NCBI GenBank assembly: GCA_965645245.1
Contig: OZ287075.1
Coordinates: forward strand, 310,001-374,000
Source of the DNA: Massalongia carnosa
Lineage: Eukaryota
Direction: 5' to 3'
DNA length: 64,000 bases
Positions 52,152-64,000 of the stretch are shown here, in pieces. The notes beneath the pieces were generated by a model, which ran no database searches, was not told where the DNA came from, and worked only from the letters and a program-made list of their open reading frames with translations. A program made the position numbers and the translations under genes. Within the stretch, counting starts at the first letter, position 1, and each line of letters starts with the position of its first letter.

Positions 52152-52763
52152 CGCATCGTGCAAGATTATATTATTATTAACTCATTAAGCGTACTATATG
52201 CATCCTAAGGATATGACGCTGTGACTACTATTTATGTACATAAACAACAGTTAGGAAGTGGAAACCTGAACCCTCAGGGTAAAACCACTTCCTAAATCCA
52301 TATTGAACGTTTCGAAAACGTTCTTCTACCACGCGGTGCATACACACAGATCTTCAAGCGCTAGGAATCCTGTAGACTTGATGAACTAGACAGTGTATCT
52401 TCACACGTTCGACGAACATTCTCTGTTTTTAACCGTTTTGATTCAATGAAGAAAAGACGGGCCGTGATCGAGGGCAGATCATGATGTCGTTGTAAATGAA
52501 ACTGTGAAAGTGTGGCCATTCCGAATAAATGGGCTTTTTCGATGAAGTGAAAGGCTTCCGCCTGAGGAGTGTGGTCATTCCGAATGAATGGGCTTTGTAT
52601 GCCTTCGAAGTAGTGGATGATCAATAGAGACGTTGATCATTCAAACGGCCACCGAGGTGGGCTTCCGCGTTGACGATGATCAGATATTGGCCACTCCGAG
52701 GAAGTGTTTATAGCCTACACCACGTAGAGGTTTCTAACCTAGCAGGCCGCATCGTGCAAGATT
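52152..52763 (-). mobile_element. ~580-bp non-coding retroposed insertion (SINE-like or 5'-truncated non-LTR element) with a 16-bp TSD
   Basis: Direct repeat cgcatcgtgcaagatt at 52152-52167 and 52748-52763. A short (TAA)n tail on the minus strand abuts the left copy. Internal repeats and hairpins present. Confidence 0.6.
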
Positions 52764-53741
52764 CTCATGCGAGAGAATAGAAATAAGAGACTATATTTGC
52801 AAGCTCAAAGATAAGCCAATTAGCCCACGGATATTCATGACTCGTTTAGGGCCTCCTTCATTTTGGCCAGAAGACTAAATATATGAGGAAACAGGAGATT
52901 GAATGCGTGTTCGAAGAAAATAACTATCAACTCCGTTCGACCGAGCAACGAACGATCTCGATTCGCATGATCAGTCCCTATCTCTAACCAGTTGACGCTG
53001 TCTACTTTGGATGCTTTTCCAACATGAAATAATCCATAACAACTTTCACCTCCAAAGGCATAACATCCCAATTATGTTTGGAGAATATATAAGCCACGTT
53101 TTTAATATCTCCGACAACCTAAGCGTTGAACTTCTTCCCATCGAAGTCGCTACTTCTATAAAGCCCTGATCTTTCTGGTTAGCTTGTTTGATTCATCCAC
53201 TATTATGCTATTTAATCGGTCAGTTGATCGTCAGTGGATGACTATAAGGTGGCACTGAGACCGCATTTTTTATATGTTCTCTCCTAGTTCGGAACCAAGC
53301 GCGGCAATCTGATCCTGCATCGAGACTATAGTGGTTGGCTTGAACACGTTCAGGATATCAGCAGTAGATCTGGATAGCATGAGATACTCAGATTGGCCAC
53401 CTAAATTTATTATACGCCGAAGTCGATAATCCTTTATAGTGGCAGCCCAGGTCGGTAGACTAGTTGCTCAGTAAATGCCCAAACATTCAGCAACGACATA
53501 AGGTATAAGAATCAGACTTGGATCAAAGCTATGTATCGCACTGTACTCTTTGGCTGAAGTGGATGAAAATGGCACAGCTTTTCTTTTTATATGTCGTTGG
53601 ACGAATCCCTATATTGTTGAAAAAAATAGATATCAGATTTCTAGTCTTTTGTAAGTTTCTCAATCAAATCTGAAAGCGCAAATGATCAAGAACACATATA
53701 TATTATCTATTATAAATCGCCTACTTATAGCCTTCATTTAA

Positions 53742-54760
53742 GGTTCGTTTTCAAGGCGCTGGAATCAAAATTTGTTGGGCGGCATATCAAACCGATGGAG
53801 CGACAAAACCTTGCAGTTCGTCGTTTGCATAAATGGCGTTTCTGGTAGCATTGTTGAGCACTCGATGATCGACGGAGGTGGCCTACAGCAGCTCTATGAG
53901 TCCATCTCGAAAGCGATATTGGAGCATCACCCTAAGGAGCAGTGCAACGGAATTAAAAGCCATACGAGCACCGAATTTCCTCTTGACGAGCGTACCTTGT
54001 GATTACGCCTGAAATTGAACGCCATTTTGGCCACGTTTAGCAACAGTTTGACGGTCTCAATCTCCTCGCCCAAGCCGCTCACTTTGATTGCACACAGTTC
54101 GGGAGCACATTCCTGTGCAGTCATAACTGCGCCCCTAAGACCGGGTATCAGCTTGTCATTCAGATCGCCTCTTGATTATATTTTGGCTACCAACCGCCCT
54201 GCTAGGAAACTGTCTAGATGCGTCACTTTCGCAACGGCCGTGTCGATATACTTCAAGTTGTCCCACCTCAAGTTGCAGAGTTCTACTCTTCCGTGTTTGA
54301 TAACAAGACCACATTGCATACCCGCCGAGCGCTGTTCTTCGAGGCCGCAAAGGCACATACAAACAACATATCACGTGTCAGCCGGGGACGCCGGTTCGCG
54401 GGCCACCTCTATGCACTTCAAGAGATTCTTCGAGATGACGAAGAACTGCCTTCCCTGTTCACGATCCTACGTACAGCAAGACGAGGCCCGCCAAGATCAT
54501 GACCGATTGCATGGAATGGACCAATTCGCTCCTTCAAGAGGGTGGCTGGGTGATGCCGGATCCTGAACATGTCTGGGTGCATTATGAGGTTGCCAACGAG
54601 ACGTGAATGGGATACTTTTCAATCGAAACCAAAGAGAAACTTAACAGGAGTCTACAGATGCCGTATCTTGAACAAAGGCGCTAAGTGACGAATCCAGGTT
54701 TTTTTCGAAGCGATTGAGAAAGCAGCGGCCTTTCTGAAGAATTTAATGGAGGAAAAGGAA
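53742..54760 (+). pseudogene. Choline/carnitine O-acyltransferase domain fragment, 5'-truncated and frameshifted
   Basis: SNRWSDKTLQFVV..NG.SG..VEHSMIDG, YQLVIQIAS, MRHFRNGRVD, AAKAH...SRGR.F..HLYAL, VWVHYEV. TGA at 54000-54002 plus frame changes. Confidence 0.85.
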
Positions 54761-55004
54761 CGGTATTTAGCCTTGGGCTTGAGTTACATTGGCGTAAACC
54801 AACCTGCGGTTTCCCGAGTCTCGTAAGCTCCAGTCGGGTTCTATTTTCTCCGACTCTTACCACGAGCTCAGATTCTGCAGCCGTCGAGGGAGCTCTCGCG
54901 ATCTTTGATACTTCCGCTTGCCGCAGACTCATCCACACATAGGTCAACTTTCCTCTGTTTCAGCTTCTAGGCACCCAGACCTTTAATATGTCGAGCTGTG
55001 GAAC

Positions 55005-55450
55005 TGATGATGATGATGATTGATTCTTGTACCGATCTGACACCGGCCGAAGGCCGGCCCATGCGGGCTATCTACTTGTTTTTACAGGGAAACCCTTTTT
55101 AAAGGGATAAAAACCATGCAGACTACGCCATTATCCCAAACATGTTCCATTTCTGGACTACATTCTTCGCTCGATGTTCTGTGAAATCCTTGACAAAATA
55201 AGAGTTATCACTCGTATAACAGTTGCGATGCTAGTGAAAATTGGGTCAGCAAATTTGCTTTTATTATCCATGTGGTTAGTTTTTTCAACATTTTCGACGA
55301 GCTCATGATCGTTCGATAGTCGTTGGTGCCTATTTGTTTTAGCACTTCGTATCTGCCGTCGATTAGCCTGCAATGTAGAATGATGTGTTTGGCTGTCTGC
55401 TTCTGCCATCCGCACGCTGTAGAACTGATAGCGTAACTAGAGACTGGCAA
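55005..55450 (-). mobile_element. 3' remnant of a Tad1-like LINE
   Basis: ACGWQKQTAKHIILHC...WII..NLL.QFSLA resembles the C-terminal zinc-knuckle region of fungal LINE ORF2. It is followed by a ~190-nt 3' UTR with a ccggcc/ggccgg hairpin and an (ATC)n tail at ~55005-55025. Confidence 0.75.
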
Positions 55451-56553
55451 TTGTGCTAAGGCGAGGGGAGCCCAGGACGAATGGGTGGGATATATACCCC
55501 CAATTTCCCCTGCATTTCAACTTGTAGTCCAAACACGCAAAGAAGGAGTAGAAATACAGGGAGACAGAAACAAGAGCAAAGCCTATATACACCTGGCATT
55601 TGGGCACCGGATTCCCTCGTCCAGAATGTTCCCCTCCTCCTCTCACCCACGCATGACCATTTTTGCCCACTTGTTGTGCCCCCACCCGGAAGAATCGCGC
55701 GGCTAGCCGATTCGATCGCAAGACTGGGAAATGCCCGAACCGAACAGGAAGAAGATTGGGTTAGGCTGGTAGGGAGGAGAAGTTTTTTAATTAAGGGGGG
55801 AAAGGGGGGAGGGAAGCACAGAGAGAAGGGGGGGGAGGCAAAGTGGAGGATTGTCAAGGATACGTTGGGGTCAGGGATGCTTTGCTGTATGGATAGTGGA
55901 AAATAGGGCGGGAGAGGGAGAGAAAGAGAGCTTGTTTAGGGGTATGGGCCAAGTAGGAGGATGAATACCCCACGAGGGGGTCCGTTTGCGCCGGTGAGCG
56001 GTAGTTATGTAGCATCGATAATGGAATTACTTATCAAGAAGATAGATATATGTTCGTTGAAGAAGAAAAAAACGTGATCTTCAAGGCGCCAGGGGATGAT
56101 TGAGATGGGTTGTTGTCAAGGGTCTTGGGCTTTGAATTTGGTGGTTGATATCTCTCTTTCTACTCTACTGCTTCATATCGATGAATCGATCGTGACTGAT
56201 TAGGCCATTACTTAGTGCAGGCAGTCTACCAACCATTAGTTACTTCGTTTTTATTTTGGAGCAACAGGTCTTATACAAGTGATGAAGAAAACTTTGATTA
56301 TGGTGCAGTTATGGTCTGTCGTTAGAAGGACCAATGGCTGATGGTCAAGAGGATCACGTGAAGGCAGCAGCTTACTAGCTAGTGCAGACACGGACAAATG
56401 CTTTTCCATTTTCGGAAGGGACGTCGGACCGGCGCAGGCCATCCCCACACTTTTGTATAGACCATCACCATCGTACTTGAAGTACTTGACTAGTTACTTG
56501 GAAGTTCATTTACCTTGCTTTATCCGAATCTCTCACTTCGGCTTTCGCCAACA

Positions 56554-56687
56554 GTTTGCATTTGCATTCACACAACCTCGGCCCTTTCTGCGCTGCCAAA
56601 GCTCAAGATAGCCCAGAGCGGTTTGCATTTGCATTCACACAACCTCGGCCCTTTCTGCGCTGCCAAAGCTCAAGATAGCCCAGAGCG
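56554..56687 (+). repeat. Perfect 67-bp tandem duplication
   Basis: 56554-56620 is identical to 56621-56687. Confidence 0.95.
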
Positions 56688-56740
56688 TTTCGCTCGATCC
56701 GACGGCTTGTTGGCTCATGGATTGGCAATGATGCTCAAGG

Positions 56741-58537
56741 ATGCCTGAAAAACCATTCACGGTCATCACCTATGCGGCAAGCGCATCGCTCGCCGCCATT
56801 GCGCTCATCTACTTCTTCAATCCCAACCAGCTGCTAGATAGCGAATCATCTAAAAGTACGGCAAGTGCGCGAAAAAAGGGAGTCGTTGGATTATCTAATC
56901 CTGCTAATGACTGTTTCATCAATTCAATCCTCCAGTCATTGGCAGGTCTCGGAGATCTACGGTTGTATCTGATAAGAGAATTACATAGGAGGGAACTCGA
57001 TGGCCCGGCAATCTATGCCGCGGTACCAGAAGAGGATGTCAATAGAAAGCCGGTGGATGTGCGGAAAATGGCGAGCTTGCAAAGCGGCGAAGTCACGCAG
57101 GGCTTGAAGTATATGATTGATAACCTGAATGAGCGGCCCATTTATAAGAAGACCATTTCTGCCGGAGCTTTCGTGCAAGTGCTGGAACATGCGTTTGAAA
57201 CGAGAATTAGCAAATCGCAGCAGGATGCACAAGAGCTGCTGCAAATTGTAGCGGAGAGGTTGGCAGAGGAGTATTATGCAGGGCGGGAAGCACGGAAAAG
57301 AGCCAGACAGGGGGTTACTGGGAGTACTCCGTCAAGAGCATCGATTGATGAAATTGCACCTGCAATGAGCCCTCTGGCGATAAATACGTCCACCGCAGTC
57401 GATGCTCCCTTGGAAAAGGCTGACGAGGATCTCACAGACAAGGAAGAGGGGTTTCCTTTAGAAGGCCACACTGAAGCTCAAACCGAATGCCAACATTGTC
57501 ATTTCATGCCCAAAGCCCACCCAACCAGCTTTGTGATGTTAAACCTCATGGTCCCGCAAAAAAGTTCGACTACGCTCAATGAGTGCTTCGACGCCCACTT
57601 CAAACTCGAGTACATCGACGACTATAAATGCGACAAATGCCGCCTCGAGCATGCCCATGATACCTTCTCCGCCACTCTTGCCCGCGCAACCTCCGCGCAA
57701 CAAAAAGCCTCCTTGCAAGTCGCCATGGCAGCAATCCAAAAATCCCTGGAAAACGACCCGGAGATCCCCCCCAAGAACGTCCAACTCCCCGACATTTCGG
57801 AAGCCCCTAAGCGCAAAATCTCGCGCCACGTGCAAATCACCTCCTTTCCCAAAGTGCTCATCATCCACCTCTCGCGCTCCATCTTTGACATGCGCAGCAG
57901 CTCCAGGAAAAACACCTCCAAGGTTGCTTTCCCCGAGCGGCTGCCGCTCGGGGGCATCCTGAACCGGCGGCACTATAAGCTGCTTGGCATGGTCAGCCAC
58001 CGGGGTACGCACAACAGCGGGCATTACGAATCCTTCCGACGGCAGCACGTGTACGCGCCCATTTCCACCCCCCACGTGCCCCAGCCCTCGGGTCCGTATC
58101 GCTCCCCTCGACCCGGTTCTCTCCAAAGCCCAAACACGCCACGAACACAATCCTCCATTCCACCCAACGATCCCCGTTCCACCCCCACTGCGGAAGAAGT
58201 CCCCTCCACCGCATCCCGCACCCCCTCCCTCTCTTCTCCTTCCGCCTCCCCCCCCTCCACCCGCCCTTCCTCCGGCTCCACCCCCAAAAGCTCTGTCTCC
58301 AGCGCCCCACCTCCCCCCCGTACCAGCTCCATCCCCACCGCCCCCCAACCCGCCAAACGGTCTTTCTCCTCCTCCACCCACGATACCAGCCTGTTCGCCC
58401 GCCATCATCACCACCGGCGGAAAGCGGCGGATCGTTGGTGGCGCATCAGCGACGAAAAAGTCAAGGAGTGCAAGACCGACGAGGTGCTGGGCATGCAGAA
58501 GGATGTCTACATGCTGTTTTATGAAATGGAGCGGTGA
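56741..58537 (+). CDS. Ubiquitin-specific protease (C19) with N-terminal membrane anchor, Ubp16/USP30-like
   Basis: GLSNPANDCFINSILQSL Cys box, QQDAQELL, two CxxC pairs, HRGTHNSGHYESFR His box, WWRISDEKV, YMLFYE; hydrophobic N-terminus. Confidence 0.93.
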   Translation: MPEKPFTVITYAASASLAAIALIYFFNPNQLLDSESSKSTASARKKGVVGLSNPANDCFINSILQSLAGLGDLRLYLIRELHRRELDGPAIYAAVPEEDVNRKPVDVRKMASLQSGEVTQGLKYMIDNLNERPIYKKTISAGAFVQVLEHAFETRISKSQQDAQELLQIVAERLAEEYYAGREARKRARQGVTGSTPSRASIDEIAPAMSPLAINTSTAVDAPLEKADEDLTDKEEGFPLEGHTEAQTECQHCHFMPKAHPTSFVMLNLMVPQKSSTTLNECFDAHFKLEYIDDYKCDKCRLEHAHDTFSATLARATSAQQKASLQVAMAAIQKSLENDPEIPPKNVQLPDISEAPKRKISRHVQITSFPKVLIIHLSRSIFDMRSSSRKNTSKVAFPERLPLGGILNRRHYKLLGMVSHRGTHNSGHYESFRRQHVYAPISTPHVPQPSGPYRSPRPGSLQSPNTPRTQSSIPPNDPRSTPTAEEVPSTASRTPSLSSPSASPPSTRPSSGSTPKSSVSSAPPPPRTSSIPTAPQPAKRSFSSSTHDTSLFARHHHHRRKAADRWWRISDEKVKECKTDEVLGMQKDVYMLFYEMER

Positions 58538-60449
58538 CTTCGTTTCGTGTTGGGATCATTACGCATGCGGGCCTCCGAGGGGGTCGTGGTCTATATAGTA
58601 TGTATGCATCTTCCAAGACCGCCCGCGGGGGGAGGGTTTTTCATGTATCTGGTGGGGAATTTCAGGAGCATTTGTACTCTTTTTCTGGGGGGGGGGTCCT
58701 ATGCACTCGTTTCTCAAGACATTCTCATTTATTTATATATCCGTCCATCCCACACTCCCTTTCCCTTTTCAATCCCCAAGAAAGCAATATATACGTAGAG
58801 TTTAAATATCTTTTCTCTCTCCCTGCTATGCTTAGGTAAGGAAAAACCCCAACCACGCATCCAGCCAGTTGTTCCATTCATTCATTCATTCATCTATCCA
58901 GGATTCCTTCAATTATCGCCGAAGGAACGACGATCTTCGAAAATTGAAAAGAAAAAAAAATATTGAGGGGGAAGGGGTAGTATAATATTGCCGCTTTTTT
59001 CCCCCAGTCTACTCACTTTTTGCTAGTTCCATGCCCATGCTCATTTTCATGCTCAAGCCCATCTTTATGAGTTCGTGTCTTCTTAGCTATATATACATAC
59101 ATATACATTATATACATCCCGAACCTGGGATTGGTGATTGCCGTTTTCATTCGGGAGTTACGGTTGATAATGAGAGGCTGTCGGCAGCAGCGGACGCCCA
59201 TATCAGGGGATCGTTCGACTATCGAGGATATATAAGATCAGGAGCAGGATCCGCCGTTCAACATCAAACCGGCTTCCGTGGCGAGCTTAGAAGCTGGGTG
59301 GGACTCGGAGACTTTACTGCGTAGTCCGTGGGCTCGAGTGGCATAGGGAATAAATGATGCATTAACTAGCTGTGGTAATTGACCGGTGGAGGCGCGTTGG
59401 ATGGGCTGGATGTTTGAGTTCCGGGTTTCGCTACGTCTCGAACATCTTGATCGTGATAAAAGGAGGGCGGATAACTCATGCCAATCGTGACTAGGAGCGT
59501 TTCTCGTATCTGGTTATTAAGACTTTCTCGACAACAATTCTCCTAATTGATTGAGGGATCTTCTGAACTCGACGACAGCAAATGCATAAAATGATTGTAA
59601 ACTCCAATCTAGGGGAAACCCGTAATAGTTTCTCGAATCTTTTCTCGAATTCAAGACACCTACTTCAAAAAATTAAAAGAAAAGAAAATGTGAAGTTGTA
59701 AATCTACGTTCTTGTTCAATCGTAATGTGAGAAATCGCAACTGGATTTTCGTTATGGGGATTTAATACGTATAGTCCACCGTATCTATCGTCTCCAATCT
59801 TGTGCTTTATAGATCTTTACTATTGTATATATATTATACGTTTTTATTAAAAAAAAGGAAAAGAAGAGAAGAGGAAACCAATCAGGCCTCAATCCAAAAT
59901 ACCATTCTCCCCCCTACCTCTCCTCGGGTCTTTATCATCCTCATCCTCATCATCATCATCATCGCTTTCTCCTTTTCTTCGTCGTCGACTCGTCATCAAC
60001 AGGCAAGTAGGTGCAATTCCCCTTATTCAACCCGTGATCAATCTACCTGCGTAGGTATTGTACCTACACACCACCTACGTAACCAGCCTAAAATACAAAA
60101 AAAAAAGAAAACACAGCTCCAGCTCCATTAAATGACCTCCTTCCCGCTCATATCAATCTGATCGTTCCAATCCCCCCCCCCCCCTCGGGTCATCTACACA
60201 GATGAACTTCCATTTTTTCTGGTTCTTGGCATCAATCGGAAGCAAAGCAAGGGAACAAGCGAAAAGGAAAAATAGCCCCTTGAATTTTTTTTTCCTCGCC
60301 TCCCCCGGGATTGCGATCTAAGGAAAAGATGGGGCAACAGGGATAGGAACAAAAAAGAGAATACATTCAGAGCTTTGTTTCTCTCCATTCTCCTCTTAAT
60401 GCTCTGGATCGCTGTTCATTTCGGCTGATTCAAGCTTCTCAGGCCACAG

Positions 60450-63400
60450 CTAATGTCCACCATAATTCCCCCCCCACCCTCCACGGTTTCCCCCTCCCCC
60501 GACGCCATAATAACTGCCGCCGAACCCACCAGCTCCGTAACCCGCGCCGCCATATCCACCGCTGCCCTGTTGCGTATGCTGCTGCGCTGCAGACTGATGG
60601 TGCCCGCCTAATGCACTGACACCGGGAGGTCCAGCTCCGTACTGTGACGCTTGCTGTCCATGCTGCTGCTGTTGCTGCTGTTGCATCTGGTGTGTGACGA
60701 GGCCAGGGTAACCGCCGTAGCCTTGCTGGCTCTGCTGCTGGCCCGGAACTTGGTTGGACGGTGGGAGCCCGGCAGTGACGCCTTGCATGCTGTTTGCTGC
60801 GGAGCCGGGACGCCCGCCTGGCTGGCCGAGCGCGGGGCTGGGGCCTCCGGGGACCTTTGTGGAGTCGCCGTAAACGCCGCGCGCTGAATCTTCAATAGCA
60901 CCGGATTGTCCTCCTTGTTGATGAGCTAGGCCTTGGACTTGTCCCGGGAACCCGGATGTAGATCGGGCAAAAACATCAGGCATATTGCCATAAGCGCCCA
61001 CGCTGGTACCGGAATATTGCTGCTGGCTTTCCGACGGCTGAGCGGAGCCTGAGCGTCCATAAGCTGCAAGACTTGCGCTGCCAACCCCGTCCCTGCTAGG
61101 CGCGGATTGTTGTTGAGCGAAACCGCCTATGTTCGCCGGAGAGGAAGAATGTTGATCGTAGGATGTCTGCTGCGGAGACATGCCGTAGCCCTGATGCGGC
61201 TGACCGTACATGCCCTGTTTGCCGGCTGTGCCGCCGGCGAACGGTCCTCCTCCATATCCGCTGTGATTGCCACCGTACCCGAACTGAGGATTATGTGTGA
61301 GATATTGTTCATCATACCGACGTACATCGTCAAACATCGGACGCTCCCGACCATACGGATGGGAACTTACTTGGTTGAGGTATGCCGAGTAGTACGGACT
61401 GGCATAGTACGGGTGACCATATGGGTATGCGGTATGCTGGCCTCCAGCTTGTCCTTGAGCCTGTTGCTGCTGGAGCATCTGGTGGGTTGGTTGCGGCTGG
61501 CTCTGTTGTTGCTGGTTAGGAATTGCAGGATTAGGAGTGGAGTTGCCGCTGGTTTGCACTTCTCCCATTTGACCGTATCGAGCTTGGGGGTGCTGCGGAC
61601 CTTGGCTGGTGGCGTGATGAGTTATCTGCTCCCCTACCGTCGTTCCAAAGGCACTTCCAATACGCTGCTGAGCGGCACCAGCTTCTTGTGGGCTCTGCTG
61701 TGACTGTGCATAATTACCATAATAATTTTGGTAAGAACTGCGTTGGTTGTCAGATGTGTAGTTTGATGAGGTGTCATTTGACGCGGATGAGTAATTAGCC
61801 AAATGCGACTGTGCCGGAGGTTGAGGTTGAGCCGTAGCCTGAGAGCCTGCAGGATAACCGTCATATTGAGGCTGGGGTGGTTGTATTTGCTGGCCAAAGG
61901 GTTCATATGCTTTCTGTGCTGGAGCCGAAGCCTCCGGTTGGCCTGCTGCACCGTAACGATTGTTGAATTGGTTATAGGGATAACTTGTCTGGGAAGACTG
62001 TAGAGGGACTTGCTCGGTCGAGACTGGTTGGATTGGCTGCTGCGTGGTGGGCTGCGGCGGGGTAGGTTGCTGGTTGATTGGAAGCAATCCTGGCAGTCCT
62101 GGAGCTTGCCTTGGTGCTGACACGGCTTCGCTTACAGGAGGCTGAGAAGGAAAAACTTGTAGCGCTGGCGCTGGCGCTGGCGGAAGGGCTGCTCTTGGTG
62201 CAATCGGAGAATGTTGAGGAGGCTGAGCTCGCGTCTCAGCCTCTTCTCGATCACTGTCAACATCCATATCCTCCGTCGTCCCGTTGAGGCCCATGCTTCC
62301 AAACTGTACCGCTGTTCGATCTAATGCATGTTTCCCTGGCATAACAACAGCCTCTTGCTGCTCGAGAATTTTCCTTTGGAAGCTGGCTGAACGTCCTGGT
62401 AGTCCTGTTGCCTTGTAAGCGCTCGTTGCGTAACCGCCCAATGGAGGTCGAGCGTTTGAGAGCTGTTGCGAAGCAGGAATGGGCATTCCACTATCAGCGG
62501 CACTACGCGGATCGTTCGTGCTGGCCACAGTACTCGCGGCTGTGGCAGAAGCTGCTGGACCAGAGGTATCGAGGACTTGCTCCACATTGGTCTCTGTCAA
62601 CTCATCTTTTGAAGGGGTAATATTAGCGGGTTGTTCCGGAGACAACAAATCCGAAGGGGGTGGAGTATTCGGAATCTCCGAGCTACTTGCTTCGTCAGGT
62701 ATAGGAGGTGGCAAAGCAGCCATATCAGCGTCTGAAGAGGCTGATGGAAGGGTAATTGACTCTTCCACCATAATCTCATGGGTAGAAGCTGCTTGAGGAA
62801 CTTTGGGTGGTGTCGGAGCAGGCGCGGGCTTGTTGAAGATACTTGCCCAGCTTCGAGTACCATCGGGTTTAGAGCTCGCCTGCGGCAGAGTTGCCGCAGG
62901 CACTGAGGTCACATCCGGCACTGCAATATTCTCCCATGAAGACTCCATTATCGTATTTTCAGTCTCTGTAGGCTGGTCCCAAGTGCTTTCCCCATCCACC
63001 TTGTTGGTTGTAGTCTCCGAAGCCTCCCAATCTCCTGTAGGTGCGATTTCTGTAGGTCCTTTGGTGATGTTCGCGATTCTCGAGCCATTCGTTGTCGACC
63101 CTCCCCGACCTCCACGACCTGCTCCTCGACCACGGTCTGAACCGCGACCTCGACCTCCACGAGTACCATCAACCCCACCTCTTCCACGTCCAGCCCGGGA
63201 TCCATTGGTAGTTTCATTGAGGGGGCCTGCTGGATCTTTGACCTTTGAGTGGGAACGGTCTTTTGTCTTTTTCTTGACCTCACCCCATTGAGAGATATTG
63301 CCTACGGGTAACAATGCACATTAGCAACTGATTCTGGCTTCACCGCTAAATTTTAAAGCGCACACCTTCAGAGATCCGTTCAATGGTGTTTTCGAGGTTG

Positions 63401-63669
63401 CCATCGGTCTCTTGTAGCGCAAAGACTAAATCTTCATCGGTCCAATCTGGGAACATTTCCTTCATGGTGCTGAGCTTGGCCGCGTAAAGTTTCTTCAGTT
63501 GCCCAAGCTCTCCCTCATCCTCATGAGCAGATACCTCCATAATATTTTGCTTATCTCCATTCGTTTGGCGACCACTGCTACGAGCACCACGCGTATTAAA
63601 GCTTCCACGACCTCCCCGACCAGCACCTCTACCCCGTTGGATAGATGGTCTTGATTTGACTTCCGACAT
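60450..63669 (-). CDS. DEF1: RNA polymerase II degradation factor Def1-like CUE-domain protein, two exons
   Basis: CUE-like MKEMFPDWTDEDLVFALQETDGNLE.TIERISEG splices to NISQWGEVKKK; RGG repeats; QQEAVVMPG; long Q/P/G-rich tail. Confidence 0.88.
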
Positions 63670-64000
63670 AGCTTAATTTGCGCTTTGTGGTAAGAAGAAA
63701 TGCAAGGTGACACTGTCCGTTGATGCTGAGAGCTCCGTTACAAACTGGCCGTGTGAACTCTTTGATCAACTACCCAGCGAGCTTCACATGAAACGTGGTT
63801 TGTGAAATGTGCGTTCTGGATGGGTGAATGACAGATTCGGCAGGCGCTGATTTTGGGGGGGTAATGTTATCAAAACCACAAGAAGTTGAGCTTTGACAAG
63901 AGAAGGCAAGTGAAGTACAGAGGAGTTAAGTGAATTGGCTCAGGTGAAGAGAAATGGAAGTGATATTAACAGCAGTATTAGATGTCAACGCTTGTTGAAG

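Noticed and set aside
57539..58598. Long antisense and alternate-frame ORFs over GC-rich genes (also at 12.4-13, 21.3-22.4, 23.7-24.3, 44-45.4 and 61-63.3 kb)
   Set aside because: Expected shadows of high-GC coding sequence; no motifs.

Overview
Genomic DNA from a filamentous ascomycete (Pezizomycotina), judged from short GT-AG introns with CTRAC branch points and from the gene families; the species cannot be identified from the sequence. Bases 1-~8.9 kb hold a decayed two-gene unit: a CACTA/Plavaka-like DDE transposase followed co-directionally by a divergent SNF2-family ATPase, both broken by frameshifts. This is the best candidate for an undescribed system, a large DNA transposon carrying its own chromatin-remodeller-like motor. 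Bases ~9.5-19 kb are accessory genes: a Pth11-like membrane protein, a SprT-like HExxH protease, and an intact DUF3328/UstYa-type oxidase whose first HxxHC motif reads QxxNC. Bases ~20-64 kb are mostly conserved genes (Hva1-Tudor/AT-hook protein, Gfo/Idh/MocA oxidoreductase, REX2, PGM, KES1/OSH, HOM6, CCDC174-like, CSC1/OSCA channel, FBA1, mitochondrial bL9, Ubp16-like, Def1). Interspersed are a dead pogo-type element with perfect TIRs and five TGA stops at inferred Trp positions, an intact-ORF DD34E Tc1 element, a ~580-bp SINE-like insertion with a 16-bp target-site duplication, a LINE 3' remnant, a carnitine-acyltransferase relic, and a spliced 74-aa SMP/LEA-like gene missed by the ORF track. 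All family calls come from motif recognition by eye, not database searches.
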